Origin: an uncultured bacterium
GTDB taxonomy: Bacteria > Patescibacteriota > Dojkabacteria > SC72
Direction: 5' to 3'
Assembly (NCBI GenBank): GCA_903906305.1
Contig: CAIVJR010000005.1
Coordinates: 83,667 to 147,666, forward strand
DNA: 64,000 nt
The notes below the pieces were generated by a model. The model searched no databases. It was not told the origin of the DNA and worked only from the letters and a program-made list of their open reading frames with translations. The translations under genes were made by a program, and so were the position numbers. Below are positions 39,771 to 48,163 of the stretch, one piece after another. Each line of letters starts with the position of its first letter. Position 1 is the first letter of the stretch.

Positions 39771-40772
39771 ATGTTTAAAAGATTCCTTAAGAACAACAAT
39801 GTGCAGGGTTACAGAATTCAACAGCTGTATGACCAGTACTTCAAACAGGTGATTTCCTCATGGGATGAGCTTACTAATTGGCCTAAAGATCTAAGAGAAA
39901 AGCTTAAGGCAGAGGTTCCTTTTACTGAATTAGAGAATTTTACTGAATTCCCCTCTTCTGATCACAAGACTATAAAGGTATTGGCAAATACCAAGGAAGG
40001 TTTTCCTGTTGAGAGTGTGTTAATGCGCAACAAAGACCGTATTACCGTGTGTATTAGCTGTATGAGTGGTTGTCCTGTGGGTTGTAAATTTTGTGCTACT
40101 GGGAGAATGGGTTTAAACAAGAGCCTCTCTACTCACGAAATTATGGACCAGATTATGTATTTCCAAAGGAAGTTGAAAGCTACCGGTGAGAAGATTACCA
40201 ATATCGTGTATATGGGCATGGGCGAGCCTCTACTCAATTTAAAACATGTTTCTGAGTCTATCAATTTGCTAACAGATAGCAATGTTATGGCAATGAGTGC
40301 TAGAAGGATTACAGTATCTACTTCTGGATATATTCCTCAATTGGAAGAGTTTTTGAAGAAGGATATGGGTGTTAATCTTGCTATTAGTCTTCATGCTCCC
40401 AATCAAAAGCTTCGTGAGAAGCTTATGCCTACCGTTGCGAAGTTAAATCCTTTAGACAAGCTAATGGAGGTATTGATTAAGGATCAGAAGAAAAGAAACA
40501 AGAAGATTACATATGAGTATTTAATGCTTAAAGATATTACTGATACTCCCGAGTGTGCTAAGGAATTAGCTAAGTTACTCAAGAATCAGATTGTACTTGT
40601 TAACCTTATTAACTTTAACAAGGTTAATGGTATTGCCTACGAACCTAGTACTAGAAAAAGGATTGAGGGATTCCAAGCGGTATTGGATAGTAGAGGGATT
40701 ACTAATACATTAAGATATTCGTATGGAAGTGATATAAAGGGAGCTTGTGGGCAGTTATCAAGTCTCTCGTAG
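39771..40772 (+). CDS. rlmN: 23S rRNA (adenine2503-C2)-methyltransferase RlmN (radical SAM)
   Basis: CISCMSGCPVGCKFCATG radical-SAM cluster and conserved downstream GMGEPLLN. Confidence 0.85.
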   Translation: MFKRFLKNNNVQGYRIQQLYDQYFKQVISSWDELTNWPKDLREKLKAEVPFTELENFTEFPSSDHKTIKVLANTKEGFPVESVLMRNKDRITVCISCMSGCPVGCKFCATGRMGLNKSLSTHEIMDQIMYFQRKLKATGEKITNIVYMGMGEPLLNLKHVSESINLLTDSNVMAMSARRITVSTSGYIPQLEEFLKKDMGVNLAISLHAPNQKLREKLMPTVAKLNPLDKLMEVLIKDQKKRNKKITYEYLMLKDITDTPECAKELAKLLKNQIVLVNLINFNKVNGIAYEPSTRKRIEGFQAVLDSRGITNTLRYSYGSDIKGACGQLSSLS

Positions 40773-40779
40773 GGTCCGA

Positions 40780-41424
40780 CTAATTTTCAACGACCTGGAT
40801 TACAACTCCATTTACATAATAATCGTCATCAGGATGTATTAAAATAGGAGGATATTTTTCTGCTTCCGTAGATTCGCTAAGAAGTGTTATCCTATCCGTC
40901 TCTTTTCTAAAACGTTTAATGTTAGCCGCACCATCAATAATGGACAATACAATATTGTTATCCTCTGGAACCTTTGATGAATCGATAATTACGTAATCCC
41001 CATTTTTAATACCTTCAGAATCGCCTATTTGTGCAATATTCATAGAATCACCCACGGCTCTTAATGAAAAGTAATTTTCTTGGTTTCTTTCATTTCCATT
41101 AAATAATTTTTTTGAAACCTTTAAATACCCCTCAAGGTTTTCTTCTGCAATTAAAGTCGCCATACCACAATTAGCAGCGCCATAGATTGGTATATTTAGG
41201 AATATATCATTCTCAACATTTACAGGAAGAATCGATCTTATCCCACTTTCATCCCCTTTAAAGGTAATATAACCTTGCAAAACTAAAGCATCCAGATGAT
41301 ATTTAACACTTTGCCTATGATTTAACCCAATTTTTTCCCCTATTTCAGACAGCGTAGTTTCAAATAGGCCATTAGGATAAATAAGTCCTAATAGCATTTT
41401 CTGATATTTGTTCATATCTAACAT
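40780..41424 (-). CDS. lexA: LexA repressor (HTH + S24 peptidase)
   Basis: 214 aa. C-terminal LRAVGDSMNIAQI (Ser nucleophile), GDYVIIDS, IKRFRK (Lys general base). Confidence 0.8.
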   Translation of the reverse strand: MLDMNKYQKMLLGLIYPNGLFETTLSEIGEKIGLNHRQSVKYHLDALVLQGYITFKGDESGIRSILPVNVENDIFLNIPIYGAANCGMATLIAEENLEGYLKVSKKLFNGNERNQENYFSLRAVGDSMNIAQIGDSEGIKNGDYVIIDSSKVPEDNNIVLSIIDGAANIKRFRKETDRITLLSESTEAEKYPPILIHPDDDYYVNGVVIQVVEN

Positions 41425-41438
41425 TCTACCTGAAAGAT

Positions 41439-41474
41439 TACATTCTGTAAATAGGCGTCATAAAGTACTTTACA
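41439..41474. promoter_or_regulatory. candidate operator palindromes in the lexA / small-ORF divergent promoter region
   Basis: TTACA-ttc-TGTAA (41439-41451) and TGTAAA-N17-TTTACA (41446-41474), 15-50 nt upstream of the lexA ATG. Does not match a known LexA-box consensus. Confidence 0.25.
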
Positions 41475-41636
41475 CCTCTTGGAAATTGATATACAATATC
41501 CTTATAGTTAAATTATAAAAGAAAGGCAAATGGTTAATGAGAGCGAAAAATAAAGGCCCCCACCAAAGTGAGAGCCATTACACCAAATAATAGTATATAA
41601 GCAATTAAAAATTTTGCAACTTAATTTCAGTTATTT

Positions 41637-41936
41637 ATGGCTATGGGAACAATTAGGAACATAACAAAAACAAAAAAAGAATCTTCGGCTAGAAATGAGT
41701 CTGAGATAAAAGGCTATCTTTATTATTTAAATAACGATAGTAATACTTTTTATTATGCTGATAAACCAGGAATGGCAAGACAGCATAAAGAAGGAGACAG
41801 ATACTTTTCTGTCGGAAAGAAAACAAAACCAGAAGCTTTTTGGAAGCAATCAGTTAACAATGAATGGTTTTTGCAAACGGAACCAAACGCAAGCGAAGAA
41901 GATAACTTATTAAATCTCGACGATTATGAAAACTAA
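41637..41936 (+). CDS. hypothetical small protein (99 aa)
   Basis: Intact ORF that overlaps the next ORF by 11 nt. Confidence 0.4.
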   Translation: MAMGTIRNITKTKKESSARNESEIKGYLYYLNNDSNTFYYADKPGMARQHKEGDRYFSVGKKTKPEAFWKQSVNNEWFLQTEPNASEEDNLLNLDDYEN

Positions 41937-42168
41937 CGCTCACTTAATGAAACACCCTGGCGGTGGATGGGAAGGAAAGAAAGAGGGATCTCAAAGAGCT
42001 TCAGTTGTAAGAGAAACAAAATACGAAGCTGAAAAAGCAATGAAAGAGATTCTTAAAAACCAAGGTGGGGGTGAATTAAGAATTCACAACCTAAAAAATG
42101 TAATAATTGATAGTGATACAGTAGCTCCTGCAAAGGATCCTAATCCTCCTAAGGATACTGTCTATTAA
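41926..42168 (+). CDS. DUF2188-like small protein
   Basis: HPGGGWEGKKEGSQRASVVRETKYEAEKAMKEILKNQGGGELRIHNLKNVIIDSDTVAPAKDPNPPKD resembles the DUF2188 pattern (HPDGGW..K.EG..RAS.......A...A.ELAKNQ..EL.IH...G.I...DS...DP.PPKD). Confidence 0.55.
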   Translation: MKTNAHLMKHPGGGWEGKKEGSQRASVVRETKYEAEKAMKEILKNQGGGELRIHNLKNVIIDSDTVAPAKDPNPPKDTVY

Positions 42169-42211
42169 TTGATATACGTAGTTACGCAACGGGACTTGAT
42201 GTCATTTACTA

Positions 42212-42288
42212 TGGTCGGGGTGACTCGACTTGAACGAGCGACCTCTACGTCCCGAACGTAGCGTTCTAGCCAACTGAACTACACCCCG
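42212..42288 (-). tRNA. tRNA-Pro (anticodon CGG), CCA encoded
   Basis: Reverse complement: acceptor cggggtg/caccccg, anticodon loop ttCGGga, T-loop ttcaagt. Confidence 0.8.
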
Positions 42289-42295
42289 TACTCAT

Positions 42296-44083
42296 TTACA
42301 TCTCATCCACCACCCCTATACCAAGTAGTTCTAGCCCATTCTTCATCGTTAGCATTGTAGCCTGTACGATTGCTAGTAGGGATGCTCTATCCTTTTCTGG
42401 AGCTTCTAATACAGAAACCTGCTGATAGAAATTGTTAAAAGATTGTGCAAGATCAAAGATATACTGGGATAATATTGAAGGTGAGTAGTTTATACCTGAG
42501 CTAAGCAATACATACTTAGATTTGCTAAGCATCTCACCCAAGCTCTTCACTGCGGCGTTATCGAGGATATCTTCACCAATGTCTCCACCATTTTCCAATT
42601 CCGTATTGTTTTTTAGCAAAGATTTACACCTTGCATACACATACAAAAGATATGGACCCGTATCCCCATCAAAACTCAAAGCCTTAGTAGAATCAAACAC
42701 AATATCGCTGCCTACTCCAACCTTAAGAAATGCATATTTAATAGCTGCAATAGCTATTTTAAGGCTCTTTTCCTCAATACCCTCAGTAACCCTACCATTC
42801 TCCTTCATCATCTCCATAGCCTGCTGTGCAGTAGTATCAATTAGGGTTTCTGCACCTGCTGTACCCTTACGACTGGACATCTTCTTACCATCAACAGACT
42901 TGATTAAGCCATGAGGAATATGTGTAGTCTTCTCTGCCAAATCTTTATCTATCTTACTCAACGCATCCAATACCACCTTGAAATATCCCGCTTGCTCTTT
43001 ACCCGTGATGATAATGGACTCCTCGTAGTCAATAAGTTCATGCTTCTTAAATGCCAATCCCAAATCCTTAGCCTCATATGTTGGAATACCAAATTTGTTT
43101 ACAAAAACCCTTGTATGAAGACCTTTTGATTCATCACCTTCATATATGACAGCACCCGCATCCTTCTTAAATACTGTCTCCATATTCTTCATAACCATAT
43201 CCAAGCCAATGCTACTAGTCTCGCTTTCTAAGAAGTAATAGTCGAACTTAGTACCTAATTTCTTGTATATGGTTTCAAAATATTCCATACACCACTCCTT
43301 ACCCTTGAGGTACTTCTCCTTGATCTCTTCTTTTTCGTATAACCCAAAGTCCTTTTCAGGTAATTCTGGTACACACAATGAGAATATGTAGTAATTTAGG
43401 TTATCAATCTCTTCCTGTGCTTGCGCATCTTCCTTCCCATCGTAATACTCGCTACCTAATACATATGCCTCACCTAAATACTTAACCCTGCTGGGTAATT
43501 CCAACGATTCTAAGCTATTAAACTCCTTACCTTCTTCTCCCATTTTCTTCTCCAAACCCCACAATGTTTTAGCAACATGTAATCCAACATCTCCCTGATA
43601 TATGGCTCGCTTTACATCGGCTCCTAGCGCCTCCTGTAGGCGCGCATAGGACTCTCCAACTATGTTGGTATATAGATGACCCACATGGAGTATTTTGAAT
43701 GGATTAGGATCGGTATATTCAATTACAATCTTCTTTCCTTTTTTAACATCTAGCTTGAAGTAATCATCCTTCTGTTTAAGAATTTCTTTAACCTCATTCA
43801 TGAGATATGTATTTGAAAGGTAGAAGTTGATGAATCCTGGACCTGCTATTTCTACTTTCTCAATCTCTGTACCCTTTTCAAAGCTATCTACAATAGTTTG
43901 GGCTACCTCTCTTGGAGATTTCTTTAATTCTCCTGCAAGCTGCATCGCAATATTTGAAGTATATTCACCATGTGTTGGATTGTCTGTACCTGATACCTGG
44001 ATTCTTTCTCTGCCAAAACTACTGTTTAAGCTTAGAACTCCTTTCTCTAACCTCTCTTGTATGGTTTGAACTATATCCATCAT
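42296..44083 (-). CDS. argS: arginyl-tRNA synthetase
   Basis: 595 aa, class I HIGH (DPNPFKILHVGHLYTNIVGESYAR), anticodon-binding C-terminal domain. Confidence 0.9.
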   Translation of the reverse strand: MMDIVQTIQERLEKGVLSLNSSFGRERIQVSGTDNPTHGEYTSNIAMQLAGELKKSPREVAQTIVDSFEKGTEIEKVEIAGPGFINFYLSNTYLMNEVKEILKQKDDYFKLDVKKGKKIVIEYTDPNPFKILHVGHLYTNIVGESYARLQEALGADVKRAIYQGDVGLHVAKTLWGLEKKMGEEGKEFNSLESLELPSRVKYLGEAYVLGSEYYDGKEDAQAQEEIDNLNYYIFSLCVPELPEKDFGLYEKEEIKEKYLKGKEWCMEYFETIYKKLGTKFDYYFLESETSSIGLDMVMKNMETVFKKDAGAVIYEGDESKGLHTRVFVNKFGIPTYEAKDLGLAFKKHELIDYEESIIITGKEQAGYFKVVLDALSKIDKDLAEKTTHIPHGLIKSVDGKKMSSRKGTAGAETLIDTTAQQAMEMMKENGRVTEGIEEKSLKIAIAAIKYAFLKVGVGSDIVFDSTKALSFDGDTGPYLLYVYARCKSLLKNNTELENGGDIGEDILDNAAVKSLGEMLSKSKYVLLSSGINYSPSILSQYIFDLAQSFNNFYQQVSVLEAPEKDRASLLAIVQATMLTMKNGLELLGIGVVDEM

Positions 44084-44103
44084 ATTGTAAATATATTTTA
44101 AAA

Positions 44104-44177
44104 CGCACTCGGGGGGAGTCGAACCCGCAACCGTCGGTTCCGAAGACCGATGCTCTATCCAGTTGAGCTACGAGTGC
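44104..44177 (-). tRNA. tRNA-Arg (anticodon TCG), no encoded CCA
   Basis: Reverse complement: acceptor gcactcg/cgagtgc, anticodon stem tcggt/accga, loop ctTCGga. One C-C mismatch in the T-stem. Confidence 0.7.
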
Positions 44178-44185
44178 ATATTAGT

Positions 44186-44262
44186 TGGCGTACCTGGCCG
44201 GATTCGAACCGACAACCGTTGATTCCGCAAACCAATGCTCTATCCAATTGAGCTACAGGTAC
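44186..44262 (-). tRNA. tRNA-Arg (anticodon GCG), CCA encoded
   Basis: Reverse complement: acceptor gtacctg/caggtac, anticodon loop ttGCGga, T-arm gtcgg-ttcgaat-ccggc. Confidence 0.7.
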
Positions 44263-44308
44263 AAAAGAGCTATTTATACAGCCATTCTATCATATATTCT
44301 TACTCTTT

Positions 44309-45127
44309 TTAAAATGTAAATACAATATTACCTTCTTGGTACGTTACCAAATGTTGTACGTTGTGCTTTTCGAAAATATTGATTGTTTCACTGTGTGGAT
44401 GTCCGAAAGTATTGTCTGTACCACAGCTACAAATTGCAATCGATGGGAAAATCTCGCTGAGAAACATATCACTCGTAGCCGATCTTGAACAGTGATGCCC
44501 TGCTTTCAAAATATCAACCTGGTTTACTAAATTATTCTCAAGTAAATATTCTTCCGCCTCATATCCAGCGTCCCCCATTAACAAAATCTTCGAATCCTTT
44601 ATCTTAACATCTAAAACAATTGAGTCTTCATTTACATTTTGATGGCAATTAACGTCAAGAGGATATATCGCAGAAGCTGAGATATCACTATATGTGAGCT
44701 TCCAGTCATCATTTAGGTCATACAGAATGTTTTCGTAGTTAGTTTCAATATATTCCCAGTCTTTAGATTCAAAACATTGAGAGGCGTACACGATTGTACC
44801 TACTTTGTAATTATTCAGGATACTAAACAAACCTTGAATATGGTCATCATGGGAATGGGATAATACAACCACCTCTATAGTTCGATCATTGGCTGGCATG
44901 TATTTAGGCAATTCAAACAATATGGATGTATCTGCTCCAGTATCTACCAACATTTGAAAACTACCATGCTGAATTAGGGTTGCATCTCCTTGTCCAATGT
45001 TAAGAAAAACAAGAGAAGGTGTTGCTGAGGCTTGCATAGTACAAAGCCTGTAGATGGCGATAGCTAGTGAAAGAGTTAAGATGAAATTCTTAACTAGAAA
45101 TTTTAAGATAGAAATTATGACTTTCAT
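44309..45127 (-). CDS. comEC: ComEC C-terminal metallo-beta-lactamase domain protein with its own N-terminal signal/TM
   Basis: HSHDDHIQG (HxHxDH) and GHH motifs. 38-nt overlap in a different frame with the upstream ComEC membrane-domain ORF. Confidence 0.7.
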   Translation of the reverse strand: MKVIISILKFLVKNFILTLSLAIAIYRLCTMQASATPSLVFLNIGQGDATLIQHGSFQMLVDTGADTSILFELPKYMPANDRTIEVVVLSHSHDDHIQGLFSILNNYKVGTIVYASQCFESKDWEYIETNYENILYDLNDDWKLTYSDISASAIYPLDVNCHQNVNEDSIVLDVKIKDSKILLMGDAGYEAEEYLLENNLVNQVDILKAGHHCSRSATSDMFLSEIFPSIAICSCGTDNTFGHPHSETINIFEKHNVQHLVTYQEGNIVFTF

Positions 45128-46745
45128 CTTCTACAGGATAGAAATATATAGAAAGGAATATTAAAAGTACGCACATCACTATGGGAATAATAATTCCAAC
45201 TTTTTCTAATTCCCAATATCCCCACCCAACCTTACCTATCAAATTTACTACAAGTTCGAAATATTTGAGTTGAATGTTGGAGGCTTCGAATAATAGAACT
45301 GATAGTAAGGGGAAAAGTTTTAAAGATATTAATCCAAATATTCCTAAGAACATGGTGCTCTCTACGACTGGTAATATGAGGCAATTAGCTACCACTGCCC
45401 ATATTGATACCGTTCCGAATGTATATATCGTTATGGGCAATGTAGTAAGCGTACAACTCAATGTAGTAAGCAATGTATCTTCAACAAAACCATTACTTTT
45501 CTTGAATACCTTCTTCCATATATTGCTTAATGCAGGTTGGAGATATACCAAGCCTAATGTTGCCACTACAGAGAGTCGAAAGCCTACATTAAAGACAATC
45601 TTTGGATCAATGAGAACAAATATGAACGCGGCTAACGGCAAGGATATATGTATCGTATTCTTCTTCCCCAAGATCATAGCTACAAGAGCTATACTGGTCA
45701 TTATGCAGGCTCTCACTATGGATGGAGACAGTCCTGAAAGAATACAGAAGCCCCAAATCAAAAACAGGAGTAAGAACAACCGTATCTTTAATGGAAGAAA
45801 CTTTAGAAGCTTACTTCCTGCCAATATTAATATCGTTATATTGTACCCTGAAGCTGCTACGATATGGCTTACCCCAGCCATCCGCACGTTGCTATCGAAT
45901 TTTTCACTGAATAGCCTATCCTGTCCAAAGATTATTCCCATCATTAAAGATGATTGTGGCTCCTTAAGGTTTTGAGAAATAATATTGTTAAGTTTTTGTT
46001 TAAAATCTACCAATATATTTTGCAAAACAAAGCCTTCTCTTTTTCCGCTACAATCAATTTCAGGAAACTCCATCAAAAGGTAAATGTTATTGTTTTTTAG
46101 ATAGTCTTTGTAGTTAAAATCTTCGAAACTTTCAGGTATTTTAAACAAACCCTTTATGTTACACACTTCCCTTACCCTTGGATTTTGATATTTTTTAATC
46201 TTTATCAAGAACTTTTGGCTTTCCTTTTTAATCACACTCTCTCCTATCGATATATCTGAAGCGGGTTTTACTTCGATTGTATTGTAATTTGCCTTCTCTG
46301 TAATTTCAGATGTTACAATTGCGTCAAAAGTAGCCCATTGGTCTGTGAAACTTGCCGACACAGCATCATTTCTCTTTTCTTGCTTAATCATAGGAGCCAA
46401 TCTGATTGCAGAGAATACTGTTATCAGGACTAACAGATTAATTAGGTTCAAAAAGTGCAACAATTTTCTACATGTACTTTTTCTCTTTTTTGACTGATTT
46501 GAATTGGCAGATATGTTTCTCAGATGTTTTGATATCAAAAACAGAATAATTACTACCCCAAAAGTTAGTAAAATATGTCTCATGGAGATATGGATGTTTA
46601 TGTTTCTCAGAAGAGTGATGACCAAAATATTCAAAACGATATATGAGATGGAAATGAAAATAATTTTGAAATCGATCACATAGTGGATGAATCCACCTAC
46701 CCTTTTTCCCACATGGACGATTTTAGTCTTAAAAGAGTGAAACAT
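45090..46745 (-). CDS. comEC: ComEC/Rec2 competence channel, N-terminal and membrane (DUF4131 + Competence) part
   Basis: Polytopic membrane protein with an OB-like N-terminal domain. Probable start at internal Met (MFHSFK, 46745), immediately after the comEA stop. Confidence 0.7.
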   Translation of the reverse strand: MFHSFKTKIVHVGKRVGGFIHYVIDFKIIFISISYIVLNILVITLLRNINIHISMRHILLTFGVVIILFLISKHLRNISANSNQSKKRKSTCRKLLHFLNLINLLVLITVFSAIRLAPMIKQEKRNDAVSASFTDQWATFDAIVTSEITEKANYNTIEVKPASDISIGESVIKKESQKFLIKIKKYQNPRVREVCNIKGLFKIPESFEDFNYKDYLKNNNIYLLMEFPEIDCSGKREGFVLQNILVDFKQKLNNIISQNLKEPQSSLMMGIIFGQDRLFSEKFDSNVRMAGVSHIVAASGYNITILILAGSKLLKFLPLKIRLFLLLFLIWGFCILSGLSPSIVRACIMTSIALVAMILGKKNTIHISLPLAAFIFVLIDPKIVFNVGFRLSVVATLGLVYLQPALSNIWKKVFKKSNGFVEDTLLTTLSCTLTTLPITIYTFGTVSIWAVVANCLILPVVESTMFLGIFGLISLKLFPLLSVLLFEASNIQLKYFELVVNLIGKVGWGYWELEKVGIIIPIVMCVLLIFLSIYFYPVEDESHNFYLKISS

Positions 46746-46746
46746 A

Positions 46747-47421
46747 CTATATACAGATATTATCTTTAAATTTGTCATATGTTGCTTGACCAATTCCACT
46801 AACTTTGAGTAGATCCGAGACTAAGTTATAGGGTCGACTATCTATTATCTTTTGAGCCGTTGATGGTCCTATTCCATCAAGACTATCTAACTCTGTTATT
46901 GATGCTGTGTTGATATTAACGCAACTGTTTTCTACAGGGTTGTTCGTTATATCCTCTTCTGGCGTGACATTTTCTTCAGGGTTTTGAGGAGCAATCTCCT
47001 CCTCCTTTAAAGTGAACGGTTTTAATTCACACAGAAGTTCCTCTTTAGAAGGTATATATATCTTCTGATTATTTACTAAAACCTTAGATAGATTTATGCT
47101 CCTTGCTACATATTCTAACGAGGTATTTGTATTAAAACCCCCAGCCTTTTTTACAGCATCAATCACTCGGTCCCCTGGGTTAAAACAATACACTCCTGGA
47201 GTCCTGAGAGCCCCACTAATATCTATGAAGATACTACATTGTGTATTTACAACTTCGGGTTCTGGGCATACGTTATGCTCAACTTGGTAGAATTTCTCTT
47301 CCTTTAAACTTTGTTCTACTGTACTTAGGTTTGGAAAGATATATTTAAGTAAAAAGAAGCCTCCTAAAAGACCTATTACAAGACTACCTATACATAGAAA
47401 GATGATTTTTCTTGATGACAT
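46747..47421 (-). CDS. comEA: competence protein ComEA (TM + SLBB + tandem helix-hairpin-helix)
   Basis: C-terminal INTASITELDSLDGIGPSTAQKIIDSRPYNLVSDLLKVSGIGQATYDKF (HhH pair). Confidence 0.8.
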   Translation of the reverse strand: MSSRKIIFLCIGSLVIGLLGGFFLLKYIFPNLSTVEQSLKEEKFYQVEHNVCPEPEVVNTQCSIFIDISGALRTPGVYCFNPGDRVIDAVKKAGGFNTNTSLEYVARSINLSKVLVNNQKIYIPSKEELLCELKPFTLKEEEIAPQNPEENVTPEEDITNNPVENSCVNINTASITELDSLDGIGPSTAQKIIDSRPYNLVSDLLKVSGIGQATYDKFKDNICI

Positions 47422-47455
47422 ATATCAAATATATCAACAAGATATGAATCTTCGG

Positions 47456-48118
47456 TTAATTTTCCAATATCTGAACAGATACTAGTTTTACATCATTTAC
47501 TGGTTTATCATTTTTGTCTGTTTCAACCTTCTCTATGGAGTCAACAACTGCGAATCCTTTAGTTACGATACCGAAGATTGTGTATTTACCATCCATATAT
47601 TCCGAGTTCTCTGCAGGTATATTGCCAGATGTGATGAAGAACTGAGAACCGTTGGTATCTGCTCCAGAGTTTGCCATGCCTACTACATATGGGCCATATT
47701 TTCTCTCTGTGATTTCATTTTTAACATAGTAGCCTGGTCCACCAGTACCTGTTCCAGTAGGATCTCCGGTTTGTATGACGAAGTTCTTAATTACTCTATG
47801 GAAGATCATATCTTCGTAGAAGTTTTTACCCGTTAAGAACAAGAAGCTATTTACTGTTAATGGGGTTTCTTTCTCTAAGAGATCAATGGTTATATCTCCT
47901 ACTGATGTTTTTAATACTGCTTTGTAATCTATGTTTTTCTCCATGACTTGTTCTGATTGCGTGTATGATGCTTTGGTAAGATCAGATAGTCCTGAATCCA
48001 TACTTAGAAGCCCACCACTCTTAGTTAAATACAGGCCTAATACACATGCAAGAAGTAATCCTACCACTAGGAATAGTATTTTCTTGTTGTCTTTTAATAC
48101 GTCTTTTACTCCGCTCAT
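47456..48118 (-). CDS. membrane-anchored cyclophilin-type peptidyl-prolyl isomerase
   Basis: FHRVIKNFVIQTGDPTGTGTGG and MANSGADTNGSQFFIT cyclophilin signatures. N-terminal TM. Confidence 0.85.
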   Translation of the reverse strand: MSGVKDVLKDNKKILFLVVGLLLACVLGLYLTKSGGLLSMDSGLSDLTKASYTQSEQVMEKNIDYKAVLKTSVGDITIDLLEKETPLTVNSFLFLTGKNFYEDMIFHRVIKNFVIQTGDPTGTGTGGPGYYVKNEITERKYGPYVVGMANSGADTNGSQFFITSGNIPAENSEYMDGKYTIFGIVTKGFAVVDSIEKVETDKNDKPVNDVKLVSVQILEN

Positions 48119-48163
48119 ATGTATATATACTATACAGTACCGATATTAAATTGCCAAGATTAC

